From a virus (Duplodnaviria; Caudoviricetes), in the IMG/VR virus record IMGVR_UViG_3300005805_000212, positions 1-38,157 of that record: DNA of 38,157 nucleotides, one strand, 5' to 3'. The notes beneath the pieces are model-generated. The model was not told the origin of the DNA, searched no databases, and saw only the letters and a program-made list of their open reading frames with translations. The position numbers and the translations under genes were made by a program. Positions 1 through 10,508 of the stretch are shown here, piece by piece; position 1 is the stretch's first letter; every line of letters starts with the position of its first letter.

Positions 1-3000
1 GACGCACTGTTCAACGTCATCTTGCCAGAACCAAGCAAATACATCAGCAAAGGTTTGAAACTTGGCGCATACGGTCTTACCGCTGCACTAACTGGCGAAG
101 CAATTGAAACCCTGATGAAGGCTGGCAAGCCAATTGCTGGTCTCAAGGGTCTCGTCCCCATGCTATCCGAAGTCGACGCAGCATCACTGCGCAAGGCCCT
201 TGGCCCAACCAAGCAAAGATATTTGCGTGAATCTGGCCTTGGCATGGACATGTCTGGTGCAACATACAACGCTCTGCAGTTTGACAAGTTCTTCCGAACC
301 AACCCGTACGGAAAAAAGTTCGTAGAAAAACTGATTGAAACAGAAGATGCGGGCGTCATCTGGGAAGACATCTTTGACGGCAAAATTACAACCGACATGG
401 CGTTGCGTTTGCAGAAAGCAAAGAACGAAGACCAGGTCATATCTGCTCTAACCAGTGGTTGGACTTTTGGGGATAGGGCTTTGAAGTCGGCAATTGGAAC
501 CTATAAATACGAGCGCTCGCTCGTTGGCAATTCCATCCGCAAGATGCGTTGGTTTCAACAGGTGCCCGAAGAACTCATCGTTGTTTCTGGCGGTGATGTA
601 GATAACCAAAAGTCCATCATGAATATTGTTCGCTCACTGCGTGCGGGTGGAGCAAGCGACGCAGATGTAAAACTATTCCTCAACGGCAACCCAGCCAAAA
701 ACCAAATGGGCGCACTTGAGGCATTCTCCAAATTGCCGACCGCAACCCCAACCGCTCGCAAAAACGTAATCAACGTTTACAAGAGTTACCTAAAAACCTA
801 TCTGCGTTCTGCTGGTATTCGCGACGAAATTGTTGAAGAAATCATGAGCAGTGGCGAAATGACCATCGACAAGATGCGCACCTGGATGCGCAACCGCCAA
901 GGCGTTGAATCCGACAACGGACTCATTAAGGCGCTGTATGAACAGTTCAAGGACAATCTCGACCCAGACGTATTCAACCAGATGTTTGAGGGTGTTGGAT
1001 ACACAATGAACGACATCCGATTGATGCAGCCAGCAAACCTTGTTGACCTGCTCAACCGAGTACAAGTTCTTCCAGACACTAGACAAATCAGACGACTTAC
1101 CCGCAGTCCGCTGTTTCGTAAAATCTTTGAAGACTTGGGCGGCGGTAAACAAATCATCCCCAAACTCCCAATTACCAGCCGCACGCCGATGCGATTGGTT
1201 GACCATGTCGCACCCGAACAAAGAGCCCTATTTGATGAATTGAAAGACGAAGTCTTCAGGCTCGAACAGAACAAAGGTCAGGCGCGACTCAACGCCCAGG
1301 AACGTATTGACGAACTCAGAGACCAGATGGCAGCAATGACCAAGCAGGTTCGTCGCCCAACCCTGACTGGAGAACAGCGTTTGACGCTGGCATTTGCAGA
1401 AATGATGCAGCAGCGGGTATGGAAATTGGCAACTTTGGCAACTGGCGGATATGTGGTGCGCAACATGATGGACGCCCAGGTTCGTATGGCAACTGGCGGT
1501 GTCAATCAATTCCGACACCCGATTGATTACATCCATGCCGTAATGGGCAAGAAGTACGGGACAAGCATTACGGGCGTTGACTTCACAGACCTTGGTGCCG
1601 CTGCTGGACGACAGGCAATTGAAGAGGGACGAGACTTGGCTGAGGCTGGTGTTCGCCGCCGAGTTTGGGAACGCAGCAACCAAGAAGACGTATTAGAAGA
1701 TTTGCGCAACGCATTCCTCAGCACCAAAAGCCGTTCTGGCTGGAGTTCATTTGATAGCGCATACCACCAACGAAAGAGTGGTTCGTTTACCCTGGTCAGC
1801 CGTGCCGACGGACCCAAGAACTACCCAACCCGATACCACACCGATGGGGTAATCCAGTCGGCACAAAAAACCCTTTCCGACGACTTCCAAAGCCGTGTCG
1901 CCCTTGGTCTTTCTGCTGGCAAAACAGATGACGAAATCGTAGAAGAACTCATCAAGTTCATGGACAACGAACGCACCTACGCGTTCCGCGCCACCAATGC
2001 GCTGTTCTCAGATGGCATTGAGTTCTACAACAGGGCTGATGATACTGTACGCAAATTTCCACCAATCAATTTGCTCGCAAAGAAAAAAGAAGACCCAGAG
2101 TTCTACAAGTCACTGCTTGACGCCTACTTCCGACACGTCGTAATTGACACGGTCAAAACCAACACAGGAAACCTGGACGATGTTCTATTCCTGTTTGCAC
2201 ACAACGCCGTAGGCGACCTAAAGAACGCCAAGATTGTCGATGCGTCAATGTTCAAACTCAAGAGCAATAAAGACAAACTTGCAGTTGGCAACAAGCGAAC
2301 GGTTGAAATTGACGGAGTTGAGGTCAGGGGAATCATCCAAAAGATTGATGGTGACGCAATCACATTTGTTCCAGTCATCAGCGATAACGCAGCCACCGCA
2401 GGTAAAAACGGTTTGGGTTCCAAAGAGGCACGTCGAATCATTGAACGCGCCGAATTATGGAGCGACACAACCCAGCGCGGATTGGCTCAGGCATACCCAC
2501 GTGAGCAGATGATTCGTTATCGCTCTGGTGGCGGCTTTGACTCCATCGAAGAATCGGTCACCACGACCATGGACAAATTAACTGGCTGGTGGTTTGACTT
2601 TTATGATACGGCTTCACGCAAACTTGAAAAGTCTGTTGTGTTCCGCCAGTACTACTACGACGAAGTTGTCAAACACATAGACCAATTGTCTTACGAAGAA
2701 GGCATGAAACTGTATGCCGAGATTTACGAAAAGAGCGGCGGAAACATCCGCAAGTACTTCGGCGAAAGCAGTGGCATCAAGGGCCTAACGCAGGACCCCA
2801 AGGTAACCAAAGCCATTGAGTCACTGCCAAACCGCAAAGGCATAAAGGGAACCCTGACGGTCGAGGAACTGGATGAATACTCGCGGTTCGTTGGCATCAA
2901 CCGCACCAAGGAACTGCTCTATGACGCATCAGCCCGCAACAACTTCCAAGATGCACTACGCATAGTTGCGCCATTCGAGGCTGCATGGCGTGACGTTATC

Positions 3001-4392
3001 GGTCGCTACTCTTCGCTAGCCGTTGAACAGAACATTCACGCTTACCGCCAGTTCCACAAGGTCTATCGCGGATTCTCCGAAGCCGACCCAGACCAAGACG
3101 GTCGCGGATTCATATACCGTGACCCTTCGACTGGTGAACAGATGTTCACGTTCCCGCTGTCTGGAACAATTGCCAAACTGTTCACTGGCATCAACGCGCC
3201 ACTGTCAGCGCCGCTTAGCCGACTGTCACAAGGCATCAGTTTCTACCCAGCCCTCGGACCGTACGCAAGTTTTGCTGTATCCACCATTCTTCCCGACGTA
3301 CCCAAGTACGACCAATTGAAAGCATTGATACTCCCATACGGCGAAGTGTCGCTTGGACAAGCAATAAATGTTGTTCCATCATGGATGCAGAAAGCAGCAC
3401 CAGCAATTGAGGGAATGCTGTTCGACAAGGTTCGTATGAACACCGTGTACGGCAACACGTACATGGAAACGCTGCGCGCTTTGTCGGTAAACACCGACAA
3501 GTACAACCTGAACACCGAAGAGGGCGTCACCCGCTTAATGGCAGATGCCCGTCAACGCGCCCAAATCCTCACCCTTATGCGCGCCATGGGTCAATTCACG
3601 GGTCCAGCATCCCCAACCACCGAATTCAAGATTCCCACCAAACAGGGCGACAAGTACGTAGATGCCCTACTGAACGAACTGCGACAGTTTGAGCAAGAAG
3701 ATTACGACAGCGCAGTTGACAGATTCTTGGACTTGTACGGCGATGACCTGGTTCTTTACGTTTCGTCAAAGAGCCGTGCCATCGCTCAGGGTCTTGAGGC
3801 AACCGAAGAGTTCGGCGTCTGGGAGCGCACAAATACCGACATCATCAACCAGTACCCAGACACCGCCTACTTCATGGCCCCTCGTGGGGGTGGTGAGTTT
3901 GCCTTTACCGTGTGGCAGCGTCAGTTGCAGGAAGGCAAACGAGAAAAGTTCACCGACCGAGAAATGATTGACTTTGCCCAGAACCGTCTCGGTTCGGTCA
4001 AGTACCGTGCGGCGCGACGCATGTTCGGACCCAACCCAACCGAGCAGCAGCAAAACGCCCTGCGCGCTTACCGCGAATACTTGAATGGAAAACTCCCAGG
4101 TTTCCCCAAGCGCGCTCAGTTCGAAGCAAACAAGTTGGCAAACGATATTGACCAGATGGAAAAGTTGGTTAATGACCCACGCCTGAAGGACAACAACATT
4201 GCCCAACTTGTTCGCAGGTATCTGACACGCCGCAAAGAACTAATGAAGATGGGCGATTTGAAGAGTTTCCAAGCCAAAAAAGCATTGGCTGCCCGCACCG
4301 AACTGTACCAATTGGGTGAATCCCTGGCCAACGCAAACGACGAGTTTGATAGAGTTTGGTCGCGTTTCTTGGCACAAGAGGTAGATTTGTAA
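1..4392 (+). CDS. Large internal virion/ejection protein, 5'-partial
   Basis: Frame is open from base 1; >1450 aa, helical-looking. Sits between portal-adjacent genes and scaffold/capsid, as podoviral core proteins do. Probable N-terminus at 37934. Confidence 0.6.
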   Translation, partial: DALFNVILPEPSKYISKGLKLGAYGLTAALTGEAIETLMKAGKPIAGLKGLVPMLSEVDAASLRKALGPTKQRYLRESGLGMDMSGATYNALQFDKFFRTNPYGKKFVEKLIETEDAGVIWEDIFDGKITTDMALRLQKAKNEDQVISALTSGWTFGDRALKSAIGTYKYERSLVGNSIRKMRWFQQVPEELIVVSGGDVDNQKSIMNIVRSLRAGGASDADVKLFLNGNPAKNQMGALEAFSKLPTATPTARKNVINVYKSYLKTYLRSAGIRDEIVEEIMSSGEMTIDKMRTWMRNRQGVESDNGLIKALYEQFKDNLDPDVFNQMFEGVGYTMNDIRLMQPANLVDLLNRVQVLPDTRQIRRLTRSPLFRKIFEDLGGGKQIIPKLPITSRTPMRLVDHVAPEQRALFDELKDEVFRLEQNKGQARLNAQERIDELRDQMAAMTKQVRRPTLTGEQRLTLAFAEMMQQRVWKLATLATGGYVVRNMMDAQVRMATGGVNQFRHPIDYIHAVMGKKYGTSITGVDFTDLGAAAGRQAIEEGRDLAEAGVRRRVWERSNQEDVLEDLRNAFLSTKSRSGWSSFDSAYHQRKSGSFTLVSRADGPKNYPTRYHTDGVIQSAQKTLSDDFQSRVALGLSAGKTDDEIVEELIKFMDNERTYAFRATNALFSDGIEFYNRADDTVRKFPPINLLAKKKEDPEFYKSLLDAYFRHVVIDTVKTNTGNLDDVLFLFAHNAVGDLKNAKIVDASMFKLKSNKDKLAVGNKRTVEIDGVEVRGIIQKIDGDAITFVPVISDNAATAGKNGLGSKEARRIIERAELWSDTTQRGLAQAYPREQMIRYRSGGGFDSIEESVTTTMDKLTGWWFDFYDTASRKLEKSVVFRQYYYDEVVKHIDQLSYEEGMKLYAEIYEKSGGNIRKYFGESSGIKGLTQDPKVTKAIESLPNRKGIKGTLTVEELDEYSRFVGINRTKELLYDASARNNFQDALRIVAPFEAAWRDVIGRYSSLAVEQNIHAYRQFHKVYRGFSEADPDQDGRGFIYRDPSTGEQMFTFPLSGTIAKLFTGINAPLSAPLSRLSQGISFYPALGPYASFAVSTILPDVPKYDQLKALILPYGEVSLGQAINVVPSWMQKAAPAIEGMLFDKVRMNTVYGNTYMETLRALSVNTDKYNLNTEEGVTRLMADARQRAQILTLMRAMGQFTGPASPTTEFKIPTKQGDKYVDALLNELRQFEQEDYDSAVDRFLDLYGDDLVLYVSSKSRAIAQGLEATEEFGVWERTNTDIINQYPDTAYFMAPRGGGEFAFTVWQRQLQEGKREKFTDREMIDFAQNRLGSVKYRAARRMFGPNPTEQQQNALRAYREYLNGKLPGFPKRAQFEANKLANDIDQMEKLVNDPRLKDNNIAQLVRRYLTRRKELMKMGDLKSFQAKKALAARTELYQLGESLANANDEFDRVWSRFLAQEVDL

Positions 4393-5174
4393 TGGCTGGC
4401 GAAAACGAAAACACAAACACGGACCAGACTGGCGCTGGCGTTGTTGATTTCGACCCCAAAACCGCGAACACTGCCAACTTCCAGCGACGTAAATTCATTG
4501 GCTTTTCTCCGCTGCTGTCCCCCAAACAGCAAGCAGATTTACGCACAAGCCTCGGCCTCGCGGTATTGCCGCGCCAACTGCAGTACATAACCCAGCCAGC
4601 CATCTATGATAACGAGGGTAGGGTTGCTGGTCTTCAATACGACTTTGAAGACCCATTTGTCGTTGCTCGCGAAATTGACAAACTGTCAACCGATGAACGA
4701 ATTCGGATTGCCAACGAGTTCAAACGAATTGGCTGGTACGGCTCAGGCAAACCAAGCCAAGCATTGCTTGATGGAATCGGCTGGTCCTCGGATGACGAAA
4801 AGGTGTGGCTGAAACTATTCGATGTAGCCAACAATGCACAACGTCCATGGCAGGACGTGTTGGGTCTCATCGGTTCGTGGTCGTCGGTTGGCGGCACTGG
4901 ACCCAGTGTTCGCGTAACCTCAGATGAGGATGCGGCTGCATACACCCGTGAAGTGTTCCTGCAGTCCCTGGGTCGTATGCCCACGAGAAAAGAAATGGCA
5001 GACGCTGCAAACTTTATTCGCAACCGCGAACGCCAAGCCGTAGCCGCTGGACAACAGGTACCAAACACTGGACTTATTGCACAAACATTTGCAGAAAAGG
5101 CAGACCCCACCTCGCGCACCGTATTTGGTTTGGGTAACGCAATCGGGCTAGCAATGCAGGCGTTGGGTCAGTAA
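4392..5174 (+). CDS. Putative internal virion protein
   Basis: ATG 4392 overlaps the upstream stop (TAATG); synteny within the ejection-protein block. Confidence 0.55.
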   Translation: MAGENENTNTDQTGAGVVDFDPKTANTANFQRRKFIGFSPLLSPKQQADLRTSLGLAVLPRQLQYITQPAIYDNEGRVAGLQYDFEDPFVVAREIDKLSTDERIRIANEFKRIGWYGSGKPSQALLDGIGWSSDDEKVWLKLFDVANNAQRPWQDVLGLIGSWSSVGGTGPSVRVTSDEDAAAYTREVFLQSLGRMPTRKEMADAANFIRNRERQAVAAGQQVPNTGLIAQTFAEKADPTSRTVFGLGNAIGLAMQALGQ

Positions 5175-6211
5175 TGACAAAAGAACAATACATCACCGAA
5201 CAGTTGGCCGCCAAAGGCCTGAAAGACACTGCCGCTAACCGCAAACGCTTGGGTGCAGAGTACGACAAAAAGTACGGCACGGGCAAATCGGGTGATTGGC
5301 GCGAACGATTCAAACTTGAGTTCCCACAATTTTCCGAACTGGTTGACGGTGCAGAAGGTGAAGCAAAAGCCAGACAGGAATTTGGCGACGACCTTATTGA
5401 CCTGTTCCTTGACTACGCAAAGAACCCAGACAACTATGACCTGACAAGTGATGCAGGGCGAAAGGTTTGGACCTCGAAAGTTCAGGCCACAAACCTGTAC
5501 ACCAAGGTCGGACCGTCACGTCGCGCATGGACGCTTACCCCAGAGCCAAGCAAACAAGAACAGATTGAAGCCAAGAAAATTGAACTCCTGCAGGAGTATG
5601 GCGATTTGGAATTAGACGACAGGCAACTTGTTGACATTGCCACTTATGCGCTTAGCAACAAAGCCTCCAAGGCGCAAACCAAGTATTACACCTTTTCAAT
5701 CATTGCTGGACGCACAGCCGCAAAAGGTGCACCAGTTGCGCTTGGCGAAACCGAAGATGCCATTGCACTACGAAACAATCTCAAACGATTCAATTATGCG
5801 CCCCCAGGAATTGAAGAACAAATCAACTCTGCGCTGACTGGCAAATCGTACCTAGGAACCACCTATACGCCAGAACTTTTAATCAAGAAGGCAAAAGACA
5901 ATGCAAAGATTATGATGCCACACTTTGCACAACAGTTTGACCAGGGCTACACACTTGACGACGTGTTTGAGCCATACAAAGACATCGCCTCCAGAACTTT
6001 GGAACTAAACCCTCTTGATGTGAGTTACCGTGACCCGAAGTTCATGGCTGCACTCAACAAGAAACCAGACGGAACAAGCCTGTCTGCTAGCGAATGGGAG
6101 TATATGTTGAAGAAAGAACCAAAGTACAAGTGGTCTCAAACCAAGCAGGCAAAGCAGGCTGCATCACAAATGATTAACATTCTTGAGCGAGCACTGGGAC
6201 AGTACATCTAA
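5174..6211 (+). CDS. Putative internal virion protein
   Basis: 345 aa, TAATG-coupled; synteny. Confidence 0.55.
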   Translation: MTKEQYITEQLAAKGLKDTAANRKRLGAEYDKKYGTGKSGDWRERFKLEFPQFSELVDGAEGEAKARQEFGDDLIDLFLDYAKNPDNYDLTSDAGRKVWTSKVQATNLYTKVGPSRRAWTLTPEPSKQEQIEAKKIELLQEYGDLELDDRQLVDIATYALSNKASKAQTKYYTFSIIAGRTAAKGAPVALGETEDAIALRNNLKRFNYAPPGIEEQINSALTGKSYLGTTYTPELLIKKAKDNAKIMMPHFAQQFDQGYTLDDVFEPYKDIASRTLELNPLDVSYRDPKFMAALNKKPDGTSLSASEWEYMLKKEPKYKWSQTKQAKQAASQMINILERALGQYI

Positions 6212-7377
6212 TGAGCATCAGGCCAGATGACCCACGCCTTGCTGACTACACGCCAGAGGAAATTGCCCGTGGCTTGCCAGAGCAGATAGCCGCCGAAGAG
6301 AGGGCTGCAGCAACACCAACCAAAACCCCTGCCGAACTTCTTGCTGAACAAAACAAAGCAAGACTTGGCGAAGTAGAAAAAGCAGCAGATGTTGCTGGCG
6401 GCTTCGTAACTGGTGCAGACCAAGATGAGGTTGACGCCTTGTTGGCTGGCGTTAGGTCTGGTATTTATTCAGTTCAGGACGCCCTGAATAGGTTGTCAAG
6501 CATTGAGGCCGCTGGACGCACATCGGTTGGTTCTGATGTTGGTATCGACGAGAACGCTTTTGCCAAAATCAAAAACTACCTTTCAGAATTTGGATTGTCT
6601 GACCTTGACGGGATGATAAACGAATTGATGGCTCGCGGCATAGAAGACGAAGCATCGGTTTTGTACGAACTACGCAACACAGACTCATTCAGAAAGCGCT
6701 TTGCCGCCAACCAGGCACGACAGGCTGCTGGACTTCCAGCCCTGACTCCACGCTCGTATGTCGACATGGAGAACACCTACCGCGAAGTCCTACGCCGCGG
6801 TGGAATGCTGGAATACTTCAACCGCCAAGACGTGTTTGAGTCATTAATTGGTGGAGACGTGTCCCCCTCGGAGTTGTATGACCGCATGACCAACGCCTAT
6901 CAAGTGGTTCGGGACGCCGACCCAACCGTCAAAGCCGAAATGCAACGGCTGTACAACGTCGAAGAAAAGGATTTGGCTGCCTACTTCCTAGAGCCCAAGA
7001 CCAGCGTGTCCATGCTTAAGCGAAGGGCCGAGGCTGCCAAGATTGCCGCTATCGGTCGGGAAAGAAGCGGAATTCAGTTGTCGGCACCAACAGCCGAGGA
7101 CATCGCGGCACGTGGATACACGGCCACTCAGGCTGCTGAAGCATTCGGAACGATTGGTCGACAGGCCGAACTCTACGAACCCCTTCTGGGCGGCGAGGAA
7201 AGAATTAGTGAGCAGCAGCGTGTTGGTGCAGCCTTTGGGTATGATACCGCCGCAGCCTTGGATGTGGAGCGCCGCAAGGCTGCCCGCTTGGCTCAGTTCC
7301 GTGGCGGCGGTCAGTTTGCTTCCACAACTGGCGCTACGAGTGGCACCATCCAAACTGGTGCAGGCACCGCACAGTAG
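6211..7377 (+). CDS. Putative internal virion protein
   Basis: 388 aa, Ala-rich, Gly/Thr-rich C-terminal tail, TAATG-coupled. Confidence 0.55.
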   Translation: MSIRPDDPRLADYTPEEIARGLPEQIAAEERAAATPTKTPAELLAEQNKARLGEVEKAADVAGGFVTGADQDEVDALLAGVRSGIYSVQDALNRLSSIEAAGRTSVGSDVGIDENAFAKIKNYLSEFGLSDLDGMINELMARGIEDEASVLYELRNTDSFRKRFAANQARQAAGLPALTPRSYVDMENTYREVLRRGGMLEYFNRQDVFESLIGGDVSPSELYDRMTNAYQVVRDADPTVKAEMQRLYNVEEKDLAAYFLEPKTSVSMLKRRAEAAKIAAIGRERSGIQLSAPTAEDIAARGYTATQAAEAFGTIGRQAELYEPLLGGEERISEQQRVGAAFGYDTAAALDVERRKAARLAQFRGGGQFASTTGATSGTIQTGAGTAQ

Positions 7378-7380
7378 TAC

Positions 7381-7407
7381 TTGACAGACCACGCTTTGTG
7401 GTATAGT
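7381..7407 (+). promoter_or_regulatory. Promoter for scaffold/capsid operon
   Basis: TTGACA 7381-7386 and extended -10 TGnTATAGT (7402-7407); spacer is only 15 nt. Confidence 0.55.
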
Positions 7408-7412
7408 TTCTT

Positions 7413-7503
7413 CTTGTCAGGGAACCCCGACCTGACCTGAGCAACAAGGGTGAAAGCAGCCTCCCGATTCCTCCGAACGGGAGTGGGCAGAATGGAGTGA
7501 GTC
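7413..7503 (+). ncRNA. Structured 5' leader of scaffold gene (candidate cis-regulatory RNA)
   Basis: Stems GTCAGG/CCTGAC (7416-7436) and CTCCCG/CGGGAG (7461-7483); loops complementary to downstream GGGT and to the RBS GGAG. Confidence 0.45.
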
Positions 7504-7962
7504 ATGTCAAACGTCCACGAAGAGTATGAAGACGAGACTGGCGAAACGGCAGGTAAAGACCCCGTCCGTTCGCACCTGAGGAAGGTGGAGCAGGAAAACA
7601 AACTGCTTCGTCAACAGGCTGCGGAGTTCGAGAACCTGAAGCGAGAAATGGCTTTCACCAAAGCGGGCATTGACCTCAATGCCCCGATGGCAAAGTACTT
7701 CGTGAAGGGCTACGACGGAGAGGTGTCACCTGAAGCAATCAGGAAGGCTGCCGAGGAAGCAAATCTCATTCAGGCTTCAAAGCCGCAAGACATGGTTGAC
7801 GAGTCCGAAAAGCGGGCTTGGTCACGACTGCAGAAAGCGGGTTCCGCTGGCGAAACAAACGACCAAGAGGTCGATTGGGCAGCCAAGTTCAACTCGACTC
7901 GCAATCAGGACGAAGTCATGCAACTTCTGGCTCAAATGAGACAACAAGCAGAAAACATCTAG
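7504..7962 (+). CDS. Capsid scaffolding protein
   Basis: Acidic N-terminus, coiled coil, directly upstream of the capsid gene. Confidence 0.7.
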   Translation: MSNVHEEYEDETGETAGKDPVRSHLRKVEQENKLLRQQAAEFENLKREMAFTKAGIDLNAPMAKYFVKGYDGEVSPEAIRKAAEEANLIQASKPQDMVDESEKRAWSRLQKAGSAGETNDQEVDWAAKFNSTRNQDEVMQLLAQMRQQAENI

Positions 7963-8006
7963 CCCGCAGGCCCCGTGCCTGTCGGGGAAAGTAACAGGTA
8001 AACAAA

Positions 8007-8960
8007 GTGTCCAAGACACAACAGAGCAGCCTGCTCACAGACCAGGTTGCATTTGACAGGATTGCGTACTTCGCACTCCGCAGCGAACTTCTGTTCGACG
8101 CGGTGGCAGACGTGATGCCAGTCGCACAAGCCATGCCAGGGTCGTCGGTGAAGTTCACCATTTTCAACGACCTCGCCGAGAAGACCTCGACGCTGACTGA
8201 AGACACCGACGTCACCCCAGTGGTGATGGGTGACAGCCAGGTTGAAGTCACCCTCAACGAATACGGCAACGCCGTCAACACGACCGCCAAGTTGCGTGGA
8301 ACCTCGTTCCTCGACGTCGACTCGGCTGCCGCAAACCTCGTTGGCTACAACGCAGGCATCTCCATCGACGGAGTCATCCGCGATGTGTTGTCGGCTGGCA
8401 CCAACGTGATTTACGGTGGTGGCGGTGCAACTGACCCGTCGTCGCGCGTAACCGTTGCGGCAGAAGACATCATCGAGGCAAACGACGTTCGCAAGACTGT
8501 CGCCGCCCTCCGCAAGGCAAACGCCGTGTCGTTCAACGGCATGTACATGGGCTTCATTCACCCAGACGTGTCGTACGACCTCCGTCGCGAGACGGGCGTT
8601 GCCGCATGGCGTGACCCGCACGTGTACAGCGACCCAGCCAACATCTACAACGGTGAGGTTGGAGCGTTCGAAGGTGTGCGTTTCATCGAGACGCCACGCG
8701 CCAAGATTTTCGTGGATGAAGGCGCAAGCAGCACGGTTGACGTGTACTGCACGCACATCTGCGGCCGTCAGGCGCTCGCCAAGGCACACTCAATCGTGGA
8801 CGGAAACGGTGCGTTCCCACGCGTCGTGCGCGGTCCAGTGGTTGACGTGCTCAGCCGCTTCCAGCCTGTCGGCTGGTACTGGCTCGGTGGCTACGCACGA
8901 TTCCGTGAGGCATCGCTGCGCCGCATCGAGTCCTCGTCAAGCATTGGCACGAACGCCTAA
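8007..8960 (+). CDS. Major capsid protein (N4-gp56-like, HK97 fold)
   Basis: 317 aa; motifs VTLNEYGN, FIHPDVSYDLR, GEVGAFEGVRFIET, DVLSRFQPVGW; strongly biased codon usage. Confidence 0.9.
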   Translation: MSKTQQSSLLTDQVAFDRIAYFALRSELLFDAVADVMPVAQAMPGSSVKFTIFNDLAEKTSTLTEDTDVTPVVMGDSQVEVTLNEYGNAVNTTAKLRGTSFLDVDSAAANLVGYNAGISIDGVIRDVLSAGTNVIYGGGGATDPSSRVTVAAEDIIEANDVRKTVAALRKANAVSFNGMYMGFIHPDVSYDLRRETGVAAWRDPHVYSDPANIYNGEVGAFEGVRFIETPRAKIFVDEGASSTVDVYCTHICGRQALAKAHSIVDGNGAFPRVVRGPVVDVLSRFQPVGWYWLGGYARFREASLRRIESSSSIGTNA

Positions 8961-8978
8961 TTAGTTCAAGCCATCGAA

Positions 8979-9020
8979 GTGGTGGCGCGGGCCGATTTCC
9001 CCTGCGGTCCGCGTCACCAC
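8979..9020 (+). terminator. 16-bp hairpin after capsid gene (terminator/stabiliser, no U tract)
   Basis: GTGGTGGCGCGGGCCG / CGGTCCGCGTCACCAC with two GU pairs; loop ATTTCCCCTG. Confidence 0.65.
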
Positions 9021-9049
9021 GTCGTGCTATTCTGTCCGTGAGGTAACTG

Positions 9050-9418
9050 ATGTCAATTTCCAACTATGCCGAATTGAAGATTTTGGACCACCTGACGGGC
9101 ACCGCTTCTTGGACTGCGCCAACTACGGTGTACATCAAGTTGCATACGGGGGACGCTGGAGAAGCAGGTACAACCAACGCCGCTACCGAGACAACGCGCA
9201 AAGCCGCTACATGGTCGGCTGCTTCGTCTGGCTCCATTTCTACTTCTGCGACATTGGAGTGGACGAATGTGGCTGCAACTGAAACGTACAGCCATTGGTC
9301 GGCTTGGGACAACAGCACTGCTGGTAACTGCCTGTGGACTGGTTCGCTGTCTTCGTCGGCTGCTGTTACCGCTGGTGACACATTCCAAATCACTTCGCTG
9401 ACGCTTAGCCTCGACTAA
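9050..9418 (+). CDS. Virion structural protein (head decoration/fibre-base-like)
   Basis: SNYAELKILDH...YIKLHTGD pattern typical of small beta-rich virion proteins encoded after capsid genes; RBS GAGGT. Confidence 0.6.
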   Translation: MSISNYAELKILDHLTGTASWTAPTTVYIKLHTGDAGEAGTTNAATETTRKAATWSAASSGSISTSATLEWTNVAATETYSHWSAWDNSTAGNCLWTGSLSSSAAVTAGDTFQITSLTLSLD

Positions 9419-9431
9419 GTGAGGTAGCCGA

Positions 9432-10508
9432 ATGGCTACTGGAGCAACCGACTTTACGTTCGGTTTTACTGACACGCCTGGATTCCGTGAGTTTGCGGAA
9501 GTCCCGAATTATGCGCCACGCAAAGTCATCTACTTTGCATCACCGTTCAAAACAACTCAGGGCTTCTATCGCGGTCTTGTTATCGTTGACCGTACCGCCA
9601 CAGGCGCAGGTATAGGTTCGCAGTCAGCGCTAGGGCTACATCTAAGTCCACGTTCAGCGTCAGGGTCAGGCACAGGTTCATCATCAACCCTTACTGTGCT
9701 GATTGCAAAGCGCACGGCAATCGGCTCTGGTACGGGTACACAGATTGCTGAAGGCGAGCGTGTCGTCCCACGTTCGGCTACGGGCAGTGGTCAAGGCGCC
9801 ACTGCTGGTGGTGCTGTTGGTTTGCACATTGCCCCTCGCACTGCAAATGGTTCTGGTATCGGCTCTGGTACCGCTTCCTGGATTCGTGTTCGAACGTTCA
9901 CGGCATCTGGGTCTGGCGCTGGGTCTGGTTCAGCATCTGGTGTTCGCATTACGTTCCGTACAGCAACGGGTTCAGGCGCTGGCACTCAAACTGCTTCAGG
10001 GCAAGCCACAAGAGCGCGCACTGCAGTAGGTTTGGGACTGGGTACCCAGACAGCCACGGGGTTGCATGTTGCACCTCGTAGCGCTTCTGGTAGCGGTACG
10101 GGGTCACAGTCTGCTGCAGGACTGCATATAGCGCCCCGTATCGCCACTGGTTCTGGAAACGGAGCACAGTCGGCCATTGGAGCCAGGGTTGACCGCCGCA
10201 CGGCAACTGGCTCGGGCGTTGGAACATCCAGTAGCAGCACCGCGAAGTTGTTGATTTTCTACACCCCAGCCACAACCGAAATACGGGCAGCAGACAGAGA
10301 CGACCTATCCATTGCGGGCCGACTGTTCCGTTATGCAGACCCGACCTACGCTGGCGTAAACGTCTACAAACTTACGGATGGAACATACACCAGCGTTGAG
10401 ACCCGCGACCCAGTTCTCAAAACATATTGGGGCGGCACCAAGAACTTTGTTACCGCCGAAGAGAAGGCTGACCTAATTGCGGCAGGCTACGGTAGTTACA
10501 TCACATGA
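9432..10508 (+). CDS. Repeat-rich fibre-like structural protein
   Basis: About 11 repeats of ~20 aa (R-[TS]-A-[TS]-G-S-G-x-G); C-terminal domain paralogous to the next gene. Confidence 0.6.
   Translation: MATGATDFTFGFTDTPGFREFAEVPNYAPRKVIYFASPFKTTQGFYRGLVIVDRTATGAGIGSQSALGLHLSPRSASGSGTGSSSTLTVLIAKRTAIGSGTGTQIAEGERVVPRSATGSGQGATAGGAVGLHIAPRTANGSGIGSGTASWIRVRTFTASGSGAGSGSASGVRITFRTATGSGAGTQTASGQATRARTAVGLGLGTQTATGLHVAPRSASGSGTGSQSAAGLHIAPRIATGSGNGAQSAIGARVDRRTATGSGVGTSSSSTAKLLIFYTPATTEIRAADRDDLSIAGRLFRYADPTYAGVNVYKLTDGTYTSVETRDPVLKTYWGGTKNFVTAEEKADLIAAGYGSYIT

Noticed and set aside
1-4392. Tape measure protein or virion RNA polymerase
   Set aside because: No siphoviral tail genes, and I recognised no polymerase catalytic motifs; an internal virion protein is more likely.
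7420-7460. Resemblance to c-di-AMP (ydaO) riboswitch fragments (GAACCCCGAC..., GGGTGAA)
   Set aside because: Motifs are in the wrong order, the region is too short and other conserved elements are absent.
7960-8009. Stop-codon readthrough fusing scaffold to capsid (hairpin right after TAG)
   Set aside because: The two genes are in different frames and I saw no slippery site.
7959-8789. Long antisense ORFs (also 21181-21786, 22115-22798)
   Set aside because: Shadow ORFs of codon-biased real genes on the plus strand.
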